A stretch of DNA of 64,000 nt from Cycas panzhihuaensis (lineage: Eukaryota > Plantae > Cycadophyta), in the NCBI GenBank assembly GCA_023213395.1, contig CM041465.1, positions 220,727,741-220,791,740 of the forward strand, read 5' to 3'. Numbering within the stretch: position 1 is the first letter of the stretch; each line of letters opens with the position of its first letter. This document shows positions 21,901 to 33,801 of the stretch, in pieces. Made by a program: the position numbers and the translations under genes. The notes beneath the pieces are model-generated. The model did not search any database. It was not told where the DNA came from and saw only the letters and a program-made list of their open reading frames with translations.

Positions 21901-24434
21901 TTCCTTACTATCAATTTGTTTAATCCACGATAGTCTACACACATCCTGTAGGATCCATCCTTTTTGGGGTTCACCACCACTAGTGATGCAAACAAGCTTG
22001 TACTATTCGCTATCTGTCCCTACACTAGGAGTTCCCTTGTGATATTTTCAATCCCCTTTCTCAAGTGATATGAGTGTCTGTATGGCCATATGTTTACCAG
22101 TGCTACTCCTAGTACCAACTCAATAGCGTGCTAATGTTCATGTTGGGGAGAAAGGCCCTAAGGCTCCTTAAATACTGAATTGTGCTCATTTAGGATTTCT
22201 TGTACTTCGAGTGCCACGTCTTGCACTACTATTTTATAGCATGTTAATATGTACATTAAAGGATTTTTCTCGAGTATTTTCTCCATTTGGTGTGAGGATG
22301 CTAATTGCACCAGTGGTGTAGCAGGTGATTGAAGCTTGTACTTTTGTCCCTTCTGGTAAGGGTACATGAATCGGGTCCTATAGTTTGTAACTATATTCCC
22401 CAATGCTTGTAACCACTGAATGCTTAAGGTTGCATCCATGCTTCCAATTGACATCACGAACATGCATGTGGTTACTGGATAATCCCCAATTTGTAAATTT
22501 ATGGGCTTGCAATACCCTCCACATGGTGTTGTTTTTTCGTTTGCAATGGACACCTAAAATGTATTTAATGTTTGAATTGCTAATCCCAACTTATTCGTTG
22601 TGGCTTGGTTGATAAACCTATGGATGCTGCCACTATCTACTAGAATTGCCATCGGAGCTCCTTTAATCATCCCTTGGAACCTGAGGATTTGAGGAGTAAC
22701 TTACTGTTCTGTACTGGCTTGTAAGGAAATTTGTACGTTCTCAGTATCCACTTCCAAAAGTTGGTCTACTTCGACTTCTTCTTCTAGAGCTTGCTCAATC
22801 TCTTCTTCTTCTAGGATTTCCCCATCTTCATTGTTAATCATGAACACCTTTTTTTGCTAAACACTGGTGTTATGGGTTCCATCCCCCCCCCCCCACTTGA
22901 AACATGTCCCCTTTTTGAAATGTTCATCTCTTGATATTCCGTTCATATTATTCAAATTTCTTAATACTAATGGCAGGTCTACCTCTGTACCTGACTTTAT
23001 CCAATCTGGATTTGACCCCTGGTGTTGATATGTATTTGGTTTATATTTGCGTGTAAATGTTGGTCGACTCTCCTTGAATTCCGCTTTGATGTTTTTAGCC
23101 AATTTAATCACATGTTGAATATTTATTGGACTCGTGGACTTGATGCAGAACATAATTGGTCCCTTCAATCCACTAATGTAAGTTTCCATGAGACATTCGG
23201 TCGGTATTCTTTCTGAAGCAAGACATTGAAGTCCCTAAAATTGCTCTATGTATTCTTGTACTGATCTTGTTTGCTATAGTTGCGTTAGTTGGGTGAAGTA
23301 GTCCATGCTCCATGAGTCTTCATACTGATTAATCAAGCCCCTTTCAAATAGTCCCAAGATCCTTGGACCCTTGCATTGATCTCTTCCACCAATAGAACCA
23401 TTGGAATGCCCTTCCATATAAGTGAAGTGTTGTTGAGATCTTATCGTTGTCATCTAATCCATAAACCTCGAAATATGTCTCCATCTGTAATAACCAGCTT
23501 CTGATGTCCCTCGACCTATCTGAATCGAACTTTTCCAATGAAAGTTTAGTTCCTTTGAGTCCATGCTTCGTTTGTGTGTTTTTTGGTCCTCTTCTCTCAA
23601 ATGTTATCTCTTTGTATCTGTTAGGATTTTCTTGGTTGATGGGTTCATCCTAAGTGTCATATTCCCCTAGTTTCTCTATGCTCGATGATTCTTCTTCTTC
23701 CATAGTTATCTCGAATCTACAAAACTAAGAAGGCTCTCTGAAAGTTTCCATCCACCCTCTTATTTGCTCTGCAAGACTTTTTATGCTACTGTTCAATTCA
23801 TCTACTTCTTTTCTATCTCCTTAGTTTGATTTGGACCCTAATTCACCATCTTGTTGGTGAGGCTTTTTCCCGACCTAGGTTCTATCTCGGGGTTGGGGGG
23901 AGGAGGGAAATTTGATTGTTGATTTTTCCTTTTCCCTCTAAATTCCCACTTCAAAACGAAGCTCTGATACTACTTGTAGCGACAAAATTCATTTGGATCT
24001 CGAGTATTTGCTAGAAAAACTCCAAATACAAAGAATACATAGCAAAGTGATAACAAAATATGTCTAAAACGCAGCAATAAATGAATGAAAAGAGAGCTAT
24101 CCAAGTCACAAAACAAATGGGAAATGAATGAGCAAAATATCACCACATATAGTGTAACTAAATATCAGTTAAATATAATATTGGAACCAAGATAATGCTC
24201 CCTCTTCGAGCCGAGGTAGCCTCCAAGTATTGATGCCCAAAAGGCCGAAGTACTATTACCTTAAAGGCTGAAAATCTATTGTCAAATCAGTGCCAGGATG
24301 GATGGGAATGAAGCCCCCGGTTCTCTTATATAGTTGGATTCTACCTCCATATAGAGGTCGACCAACAGAAGGTGAGATATTGGCTTGAATAGCCCATGTA
24401 AGTCGGCCAAGATTGAGTAATTTGGTTCTCTACA
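18917..24434 (-). mobile_element. E4: degenerate chromovirus (Reina-like) Ty3/Gypsy; 5' LTR 23975-24434, 3' LTR about 18917-19392
   Basis: Near-identical direct LTRs; reverse PBS-Met gctctgatacta at 23961-23972; PPT next to 19393. Domain order gag, PR (ILVDSG ~22630), RT, RNase H, integrase (HPQTDGQTEVVN), chromodomain (EFLIKWKALDAEDATWE). Left end and TSD unresolved; clade call is inferred from size and short LTRs. Confidence 0.92.
19423..23560 (-). pseudogene. E4 gag-pol (gag-PR-RT-RH-IN-chromodomain), broken by stops and frameshifts
   Basis: ORFs 23344-23538 (gag), 21756-21995 ([11 protein letters not shown]), 21659-21877 (KTTF..FKVMPF), 20827-21111 (QTDHDNL), 19945-20580 (integrase), 19423-19737 (chromodomain). 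Confidence 0.92.
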
Positions 24435-25259
24435 CATTTTCTTGTATGCAATTCAAAATTGATACGAAGCTTCAACCTTTGCTGCAGGTTTAAGATTTTT
24501 GATGTTATTTTATGAATTCTTTTGATATTAATTGTGTATCCTAACTAAACTTAAAATAAGAGATTGCATTTAGCACCCTAATAGTTTGTATTACTTTCAT
24601 GTTTTCACTATCCCATACATCAATTTGGTCTTCAATGGAAGATCGACATTTATTTTTATTTCTAATTCCCACTACTATTTTTTTTTTTTAACTTGGTTTG
24701 TTGTCAATCTAGGCAGAGTGCTTTCTTTTAAATATCCTTTCGATTTTTTTCACCCATTCCTCCCATCCTTTTGCTGAGGTATTTTTAAACCTTTTAAGCT
24801 TTAGTTGGCCAATCTTTGACTCTATCAGAGATCATAAAACATTTCCACCTAGTTGTGTATTAAGACCAAACACTAACTAATTCATTGACAACATATCTAA
24901 CTTGTTGCCAAACATTCTACTTAATTTTAAAGAATTTTCATTATTTGTTTTCAATATTCCAACTTTAAAATTATGAAACCTTTGAGCCAACTATCTTCAA
25001 CAACATTCTTTCATTGCTTCTAGTACTTGCCTTTGTACAATGGCCAATGTTTTCAATGCACTATTTGTGATTTTTATTGTTTCCCAGCCAAGATGATTCT
25101 ATCACTGGCACCTAAAATGCCCTCAAACCCTAGTACTATTGTGGATGTTGTTCAACACTGCAAGAAGTCCTTACTCTATTTCATCTCAAAGAGTAGTTTG
25201 CATATATACTTTTTAATCTTCACCTATAAGCATGTAGCCACCAACATTTCTTGGTAGCA

Positions 25260-25867
25260 TGTTGTTGTAGACTTTAGAAGGTTTATCACCAATTCCAACA
25301 ACAGATGACAGTAGAAATACTTGACTACTACAAAATATCAAAAAATAAAAACAAACAAATACTAACAACTCCAAATTGAATTGAACATAAATATTGATAT
25401 GATAATAAATATAGCAATGCACAAGGAAATGAAACAATACAAATATGTCAACTTCACAATAAAAATGTAATAGCATCCAATAATGAAAATTATCTCTATT
25501 ACAAGTCTTCCATAGGAGTCTTCTACAAAAGCTTGTCCCTCCTCAAGGCAAGAGATCCTCCCAATATAAGACCACCTCCAAAAAGAGCAAAGAAATAGAT
25601 AAAATTCAAAGCCTAATCTTGCAAATAACCCAAAGACTCCTTATATAGGCCACACATCCAATTCCCCCCATGATATTTTAGGCTAAGATCCATCTTGAAA
25701 TCAGCTTCCGCTTGTTTCAAAGCCAATGAGAAACTCTACATCATAATCTACATTCCCAGACTTTTACTATAAAATGCACATTTTTAAATGTGTCTTGGTC
25801 CATGTGTTTTGGTTGTTTTATAGTCTCTCTGAAATTTCCATGTTACATGGCTCTAAAGATGCCAACA
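25260..25867 (-). mobile_element. LTR-like segment (Y), probably the 3' LTR of an older minus-strand element
   Basis: TGTTG...CCAACA inverted termini; minus-strand TATA (cctatataagg, ~25640); followed by ttccccac, i.e. a minus-strand PPT GTGGGGAA. No partner LTR in the window. Confidence 0.55.
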
Positions 25868-26014
25868 TTCCCCACTTACCAGGACTCCATAATTGATACC
25901 AAGCCCAAGCTTTTCAAATCTAACGTTTTTGTAGGTGAAACTATGATCCTCCTTGAGATCACCCATTTCTTGCCATCTTCAGTCGATAATTTATCCATTA
26001 GAAAAACTCCCGCC

Positions 26015-26355
26015 TGATGTCCCCCTTCCTTTCTCTAGACCCCCATTGTCCTTATCCCTAGCTCAATTAATGTGTGTTCCCCTTGTCAATGTAAAGCCTA
26101 GTTTCTCCTTCCACCTTCCAAATTATCTCATAAACAACTTCCTTATCCTCAATCTTCTTCACTCATCCCCCACACCTCACCCCCAATGTGCTTCCATCTA
26201 AATCCCCCTCAAACAAAGAAAACCTCTCTTTCATCCTTTTCCCATTCCCTATTAGCCCATACCCTTTTCATTTCCCATCATCCTCTCTTCACACATATTT
26301 TCCTCACAAGTCCATTGAAGTCCTTGTCCCATACATAATACCTATCCCTTATTCC
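26015..26355 (+). mobile_element. Pyrimidine-rich segment starting TGATGTCCCCCTT (X'), probable LTR fragment
   Basis: The same 13-nt start opens a similar C/T-rich tract at 43437. Confidence 0.35.
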
Positions 26356-26359
26356 TTGC

Positions 26360-27760
26360 TATAGAGATGGATAAAAGATAAATTAGTGTTATGGGCTCAA
26401 ATACGGAAAGAAAAGTATGCTAGTAGCATGGCCTAGGAGGATTCGGTTAAAATTCTTAACCCCCTTAGAGGTTCAACCATGTGGAATGGGACAATCCAAG
26501 GTTTGGATATCATTCATTCTAACAACTTCTAGGAGATTAGGAATGGGGAGCAAGTGTTATTTTGGGAAGACTCATGGGTAAAATTCGAACCTCTCATCTA
26601 TCAAGATGATCTAGCCAATGCTAAAAATGTTTTTCTAAGAGCAGGATGAACAAGGGTTAGAGATTATCTATTAGATGACTCTACTAGGGATGTTAATTTT
26701 ATCCCTCTCAATAGACAATGAAACTCGCCTGAATCTTGGTCATCTTATGAAGGAATACAAGGAGAGATTGTAGGGCCTTCTCCATAATCAATTCCTCCTT
26801 GTCAAGCCGAGAGTAGTTATCCTGAGATGGGGCCTTAAGGGAAAGGTTCCTTCTTAGTCAAACAAGCATATAATTTTTGTGTTAAGGGAAGGATGCACTT
26901 TAAGAGGTTGTGGCAAAAACTTTAACACCCAGACTTATGGCCTAAAATCTTTGCTTTTTATGGTTGGTCACCCACAATAGCATCTTAAAATGGGAAAATC
27001 TTAGGAGCAAGGGTATGGAGGGTCCTTCAATTTGTTTTCTCTGCATTTTGGCAAGAGAGGATATCAATCACCTTAAGGTGTAGAATCACCAATCAATATT
27101 GGGACAAGATTAAGCTTATTTTCAAAACTTAGATTAAGAGAGAATGCAAGGTTCAAGATTTTTTAGAAGGGTGGAAAAATTATAAATCTAAATCTAAGAT
27201 CCTCCAAAACGGTTGGGATCTTGTCCCTGGTTTTATGATGTGGAATATCTAGACAAAACGTAATGAAAGGTTTTCAGGGATCTAGATCATCGTATGTCCC
27301 AAGTAGTTTGAAGATCTATTAGTAATGTAACAAAGACCTTGGTAGTTAAGACTCCGGAGAAAGAGGACTTGTCCTGGTCCAAGCAGGATGAAATCAAGCT
27401 AGTGGTTAAAATAACCTAAAAACCCTTTAGAGACAAAGTAAGGAGTTGGATTGAAGTGCATCTAGGAGACTCCAAAGGAATTCATCTTTAAAGCTAACTT
27501 TGATGTAGCTTTTAAGGACAACCTAGGTAAAGTGGGTGTTGGTGATATTATCAGAGATCATGATGATAGAGTTGGGCATTTATTTGTTCAAAATATTGGA
27601 CAAGCCACTAACAATGTTGTGGAAGCTTTGATAACATTAGTTATTCTTAAGGAGGCTAAATATTACAGGCTAAAGAGAGTATGCTTGGAAGGAGAATCCA
27701 AGGTTATCATTGATTTGATCCAAAATATAGGAAATAAGGATGAGAGCAAAAGTTGCCTCG
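26360..27760 (+). mobile_element. L1-type LINE ORF2 3' fragment (post-RT region, zf-RVT, RNase H), interrupted by E6
   Basis: EIRNGEQVLFWEDSW (~26535), WPKIFAF..WL...ILKWENLRSKG.EGPSICFLC...EDINHL (~26940-27075), MWNI..KRNER (~27240), KANFDVA.KDNLGKVGVGDIIRDH...ATNNVVEA...CLEGESKVIIDLI (27490-27725). Confidence 0.85.
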
Positions 27761-27855
27761 TGTGTGCAAGAAATAAGTCACAAAAGATTCAAAGGGTTTT
27801 TAAAAGCAAAATATTGTATAATTTCAATTTTGGGTTGCAATTCAAACTACAACCG

Positions 27856-28040
27856 TGTGCGATCAGAAGTGCGACCAAGTGCTATCAGATGTGTTCAGGT
27901 GCGACCAAGTGCTATCAGATGTGTTCAGGTGCGACCAAGTACAACTAGAGGTATAATTAAGCACAATCAAGTGCGATCAAGTGCAACTAGGTACAACCTA
28001 AAGTGTGACCAGGTGCAACTTGGAGTATGACCAGATCACA
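27856..28040. repeat. 10-bp unit array (consensus about GCGACCAAGT) in the E6 LTR with a perfect 30-bp higher-order duplication
   Basis: gcgaccaagtgctatcagatgtgttcaggt occurs twice at 27871-27930. Related units occur in the 3' LTR (43165-43290) and in the E3 LTRs. Confidence 0.85.
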
Positions 28041-29289
28041 AATATTGTACAACCAAGTTGTAGAGTTGCAATAGAAGTACGACCCAGACTACAACCAAAA
28101 TTATAATTAAAAGATAACTAAAGACTTATCTCCATATGAACACCATGTAATGATTAAAGCTAGTTAGAACGGCTAAGTTGTCGATGTAATGGAAAGAGTT
28201 ATACTTGTATATAAGTCTGATGGATGTAATAGATGTAGCATGATAGATTAGAACTTCTCTCTCTCTTGTATTCTTTACTGTAATGGCTTGAGCTGCAACT
28301 TGTACATGGTCGGTTGTACTGTTTGGCCTGCATCGGTTGTCGGAAGACCATACATAGGGCCCTTTATTTATAATAAAAATTGAGTTCGCATTCACATGGC
28401 TTAACATGTGCCTACTTATTGGCGTAATACACATAGATTGATGTGAGATATGCAAAAACACACATTGATTCTGTTGTCGATTGAACCCAAGGGAAAGGAA
28501 ATAAATATGGCTAGAGTCAAGTAGACAATTCGTTCCTCTACCATGCCACCAAGGGTTTTGGTCAAGAAGAGACTTGAGACGCACTAGGAACGAGGAGAAT
28601 GTTGGGCAAAGGATAGAATCTAGGCGGGAGTTCGAAAACCTAGATTTTCAATTACACCAAGGAAACAAGTGAAGAGGCGAACGCCTATAAAACCAACAAA
28701 GGAAAGAAAGTTAATTTTGGAAGATAGAACAACCAAAAGTTCTACCCAAGAATTAGCAACTCAAGCTGAAAAAGACCAACAATGTGCATTGGAAAAGGAC
28801 CTCATAAAGGGAACTCAGTTACAAGTAAGAGCGGCTGAAGAAAAGGAACCTGTAGGTGTAATAGCAGCACCAAATAGTAAAAGCAATTCCATAAACTTGA
28901 AATTATACAGTACAACTAGTAGAGGGTGGGACCATTATTTGGTCGAAATCAAAACTCCCCTTAGTCACATACTAAATCCTCTCTTCGATAGAATGAATGA
29001 AAGGCTCATTAGGGCGATTACATTAGCAATTGACCTCCCAGTATTAGAAGCAAGCCCCCAATAGGCGAGAAGCACAACAGGAGAGGGTGATAATTCACCA
29101 TTTTGAGCAGGTATGAGTGGAGGAGAAAATTCATTGCAGAATCCCTCCTTGATAATGAACGCAAGAGGAGGTTGCAATCAACCACCACCAAAAGGACCGC
29201 CTTGAGGAATTGCATTAGGTGGAACAAGGCAACGGGGTCCTAGTTTAATAGGCACTACAACACCAATAACCTCATATGTCATTGTGCAA

Positions 29290-32200
29290 AATGATGCAGT
29301 ATTTACAAGTTTGCAATTCGATGAGTCTACTAATCCAATGGATCATGTGGCATTTTTTCGAAACATGTTGTAAATCAAAAAAATTCAAGACCTAGATGAG
29401 ATAAAACCCTATTTTTTTCAACATTGCAAGGAGCAGGGATTTCTTGGTTCCAGTATGCTTCGGTGCAAAATCCGTCATGGGATCAATTGCAAGTATATTT
29501 TTTGGATCCTTTTCAAAAATTGAGGGACCTAATGGCAATTTAGCAAACTCTAGAGGAAATAAGGCAATTTCTAGGAGTTAGTGAACAATTTTGATGGTCG
29601 AATGAAGATCATCATGAACAAAATGGACACATCGGCACCCATTAATTTGATGTTGGCAATGAAATATTGAGAGATAAGGTTATGTTGAATCCAATGCATA
29701 ACTATGAGCAGATCTGAGAACTAACTCTAAAATTTGAGAATCAAATGAAGGCCACTTATTCTCAATCAATGATGCATATGAATTCAACTTTTCAGAAGGA
29801 TCCTGCCTTTATCCAGACATTGCCATTAGTTGTGAATGTGCAGTTAGTCATTCATGAAGAACAGGTAACGAGTAATACAGACTCCGCAAATGGGGACAAA
29901 CCCAAAAATTTGAACTTTAAAGAGAGAAGTGTAAGCGTTGAAACAACCACGACCAGTGTTTGTAGCAATAAATATGCAACAGAATCAAGAAATTGAGAAA
30001 CTACAAGCAGAATTGACTCGGTTACATTTGGAGAAATCCAGAGAAAATATTTGGTGTTCTCCACCTTGAAATCAATAAGGCCATTTAAAGAATGGGCATT
30101 CAGGACTAGCAAAATGATGTGAAAACTATAGAAGAACTAACCACAACACATAGAAATGTTTTCTCAGACAAGACCCGACAATCCCAAAAGGAGAGGTTCA
30201 TAATACATTCTTTCAAAAAGCGAAACGAGGCCAACAATATAAAGGTAAAACAAAGCCGATCTGATGTCTTTTTTGTCAGAAATGGGGACATTATAAGTTT
30301 GAATGTCCACTTGAAAAAAAAGAGTGGTGAATTTATCTGTGAAGAATGTGGACCTACGGACCATGAATGGGCCAACTGTCTAAAGAACGTAGAAGTATAG
30401 ACGACCAACTTGGTCACAAAGATACCAGATAAGGGAGTCTCATCTTATTTACAAACCTGGAGTGGAAAAGTAGTAAACACACTAGTCCAAGGCAATTTCC
30501 CAAAACCTATGGTGAAAAGGCAAAGACTATAAGAAGCAGTGAAGATCCTTCAAGAAGCCATGAATACAATTCAGCAAGAAGAAAGCCAACAGGAACAAAG
30601 ATTTAAGGGCCAAACATATAAAAGAAGAACGATTCCTATTAAAATTTCGCCACAGAAGGAAGATATGAATCCTTGGCAAAGACTTCAATTAGTTAATGAT
30701 TTGTTAATAGAATTAGGAGTCTCAATTCCAATTGCTGAATTTTTAAATGGTGGAAGGTAGGCTATTTCCAGCAAATTGTGCTGGATCAAATTGACAACCT
30801 AGTGCTAAGAGAGATAAAAGAAAATGGAGTGGAACCTAGAGTGCCAATGGTGACCTTAGGGATAACATTATGTAGAATACTTGTGGACGGAGGATCAAGT
30901 GTAAAAGTATTGCCAGAATCTTCATGGATATAACTGGAAAGGCTCAAAGCAGTTGCCTCTAAATATGCCATAAAATTAGCAAACTAATTGCAAGTGAGGC
31001 CAATGGAAACATTGATGAATGTTCCAACAACTGTGGCAGGAATAACGATCTTAATGGACTTTGTAGTTAAAATGCGGAGTCAAAAAAAACTTATCCAACC
31101 TTGCTCAGTACGCCATGGTTGCTAGCCACCAAAACTATTCAGGATTGGAGAAAGTACACATTTATACTATCAGATAGAAATAAAGTAGTCACCCTACCTT
31201 TATGCTCAGATGGGCCTCAAATTGAAAAAATCAAGGATGTTGAAAGAGCCTCATCCAGAACAGTGGAAACTGAATCAACAGTAAGTCCTTGTCCAAAAGT
31301 AGCGTACAAATTGCAGCCCACAATACCCAACATTGCATCTTCTTCCTATATGTTAAACTAGCTTCAAAATGCATGCGAAGAAATGAAACCAACAGATTGG
31401 AGATGTGCCCGAATTCCTTAGATGATGAAGAAGAAACTGATCCAAAGGTAATTAAGGAGTGATCCTAGATGTTTAAAAAAGGAGAATGAAGAATTCAGAT
31501 TGACAAAGTTCAAGCAGTACACGGTAACCCAAAATTATTTAGCAAAATTGTTAAAAATTTTCCACATTTTTGGGGACAAAAAAATAAAATTGAAAATTGT
31601 CTGAAACAATGTATTGAAATATTGAAAACTAAAGAATTGCAAGAAGAATTTTGGCGATATCTATTTCCAATGGTATGTTGCTCATTGTATGCATTTTAAA
31701 ACTTGGAGTGGCATAAGTCAAAACTTTTTGAATAAATTCCAGATGAAACTTAAAAATCTTCCAAAATTTCAGAATGGGGATAATCCCCCTATACAAGTGA
31801 AAAGATGTGTCCATATATGGAACAAAAACCATGTTCCTAACATTGAATGGAGCCAACGATTGGTACATACTTTGGAAGGAGTTTGTTTAGCATGGTACCA
31901 ACACTGTGAAAAATCACAGTTAGTAGACTAGGATGTATTGGTATAAAACATCTGTCATACCTTCATAGACCATAGCAAAGATAATAAGAAAATTTAGAAT
32001 ATCTTGTCCATTCTAAAATAGAAATTGATAAATTTAGCTAAAAATTGCTTTCAAAAAGAAATAGCAAAACAAAATTTTATGTTCGAAAATAATTCAAACA
32101 AAGCACAGGATTGTCCAAGAACAGAACAAAATTTTTATCCAGAATACTCTGTGCCAGAGTATGGAGACAAGATAGTTGATAGAATCCTATCATATATTTT

Positions 32201-33801
32201 GAACCAAGATGGTAAATTGATGAAAGGAAAGCAATTGATGACAAAACAGATCAATATAGGGATGGAAGAACCATCCCAGCTAATTACCATGGAAGATTAC
32301 TGGGATGTCGAAACAGTTAACCAGGCAACAACCCTATTCTTAGAATACAAATGTGTCTTTGCTTAGTCCTATTAGTCCTATAAGGGCCTAAAGGGCATTC
32401 TGCCAGAGTTGGGGGAACATCGAATAGAGTTGGTGGAAGAAGCAAAGCCAGTTAGACAACACCCCTATAGGATGAACCCCAACTATAAGCAAAATGTGAA
32501 GGTTGAATTAGACAAGCTATTGGAAGAAAGATATATTTTTGAAGCTGACAATAGTGAATGGATCAGTCCAATAGTCATAGTTCCCAAAAAGAACAGAAAA
32601 CTATGTGTCCGTGGACTATAGAGCCTTAAACAAAGCTACGAAACAAAAACCTTTTCCTATACCCTTCACTGAGGACAGTTTGGAGAAGGAAACAGGTCAC
32701 AAAGTTTATTCATTCACAAATGGATTCAGTGGTTGTAACCAAGTGAGGATAGCTCCTAAAGACCAATTGAAGACAACCTTCGTGAATGAATGGGGTACGT
32801 ATGCTTATAGGGTCATGCCCTTTGGCTTAACTGATGCACTAGCCACCTTCCAATGAATTGTTTTATACATTTTCCGACAAATGATAGGAAAAACCATTAA
32901 GGTGTTTTTGAATGCCTGGACCCTATATACCCCTCTAAAAAACCATCTTGATAATATGAGATTAATGCTAAAAACTTGTAGGAGAAATAATATGTGCTTA
33001 AATCTAGATAAGTGCACATTTTTGGTTCCGTTTGGATCTCTTTTGGAGCATATAGTAACAAAGGAAGGTTTGTCAATGGACCTAAAGAAAGCGGTTGTCA
33101 TCTTAAACTTTCCAATGCCAAAGACAGTAAAACAATTAAAAGGCTTTCTAAGAATGATAAGTTATTACAGGAAGTTCATCAAAGAATATGGCTAGATAGC
33201 AAATCCCCTAGAAATGTTGCTAAATAAAGGATAATGTGGCAATGGAATTTACAGCAACAATAAGCATTTGATTTGTTGACAAAAAAAGTGATACAAGCAC
33301 CAGTCCAAAGATTTCCAGATTGGGATAAACCATTCCATGTGCATGTAGATGCCTCTTTTTTTGTGATTGGGTGCATGTTGGCTCAACTAGGAGATGGCAA
33401 TATAGACCTTCCAATCCATTTTGCAAGTTGAAAGCTAACACAGGCAGAGCAAAATTATTTAGTAACAAAAAGAGAGGACCTCAAAATGATGTATGTACTA
33501 CAAAAATTCAGGCATTATTTACTAACTAATCCATCTATATTCTTTGTGGATGATTAGGGTTTGCAATATCCAATTAACAAGCCAATTTTACAAGGAAAGA
33601 ACAGCAAATAGCTAATGTTGTTCCAAGAATTTAATTTCAAAAGTCATTGTCAAGAAAGGGGAAAAACATATTGTGCCTAATCAACTATCTAGAAATGTGA
33701 ATGCAAAGACTGCCATTAGAATCCAATACGACTTCCCTGATACAAGATTGTTTTCAAAAGAAACAGTACTAGCATGGTACAAGGCCATGGCTTATTATTT
33801 A
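29290..33801 (+). pseudogene. E6 gag-PR-[two extra capsid-like modules]-RT-RH, degenerate
   Basis: ORF fragments 30119-30400, 31101-31361, 31689-31931, 32025-32366, 32409-32621, 32605-32856, 32881-33195, 33673-33801. Confidence 0.88.
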
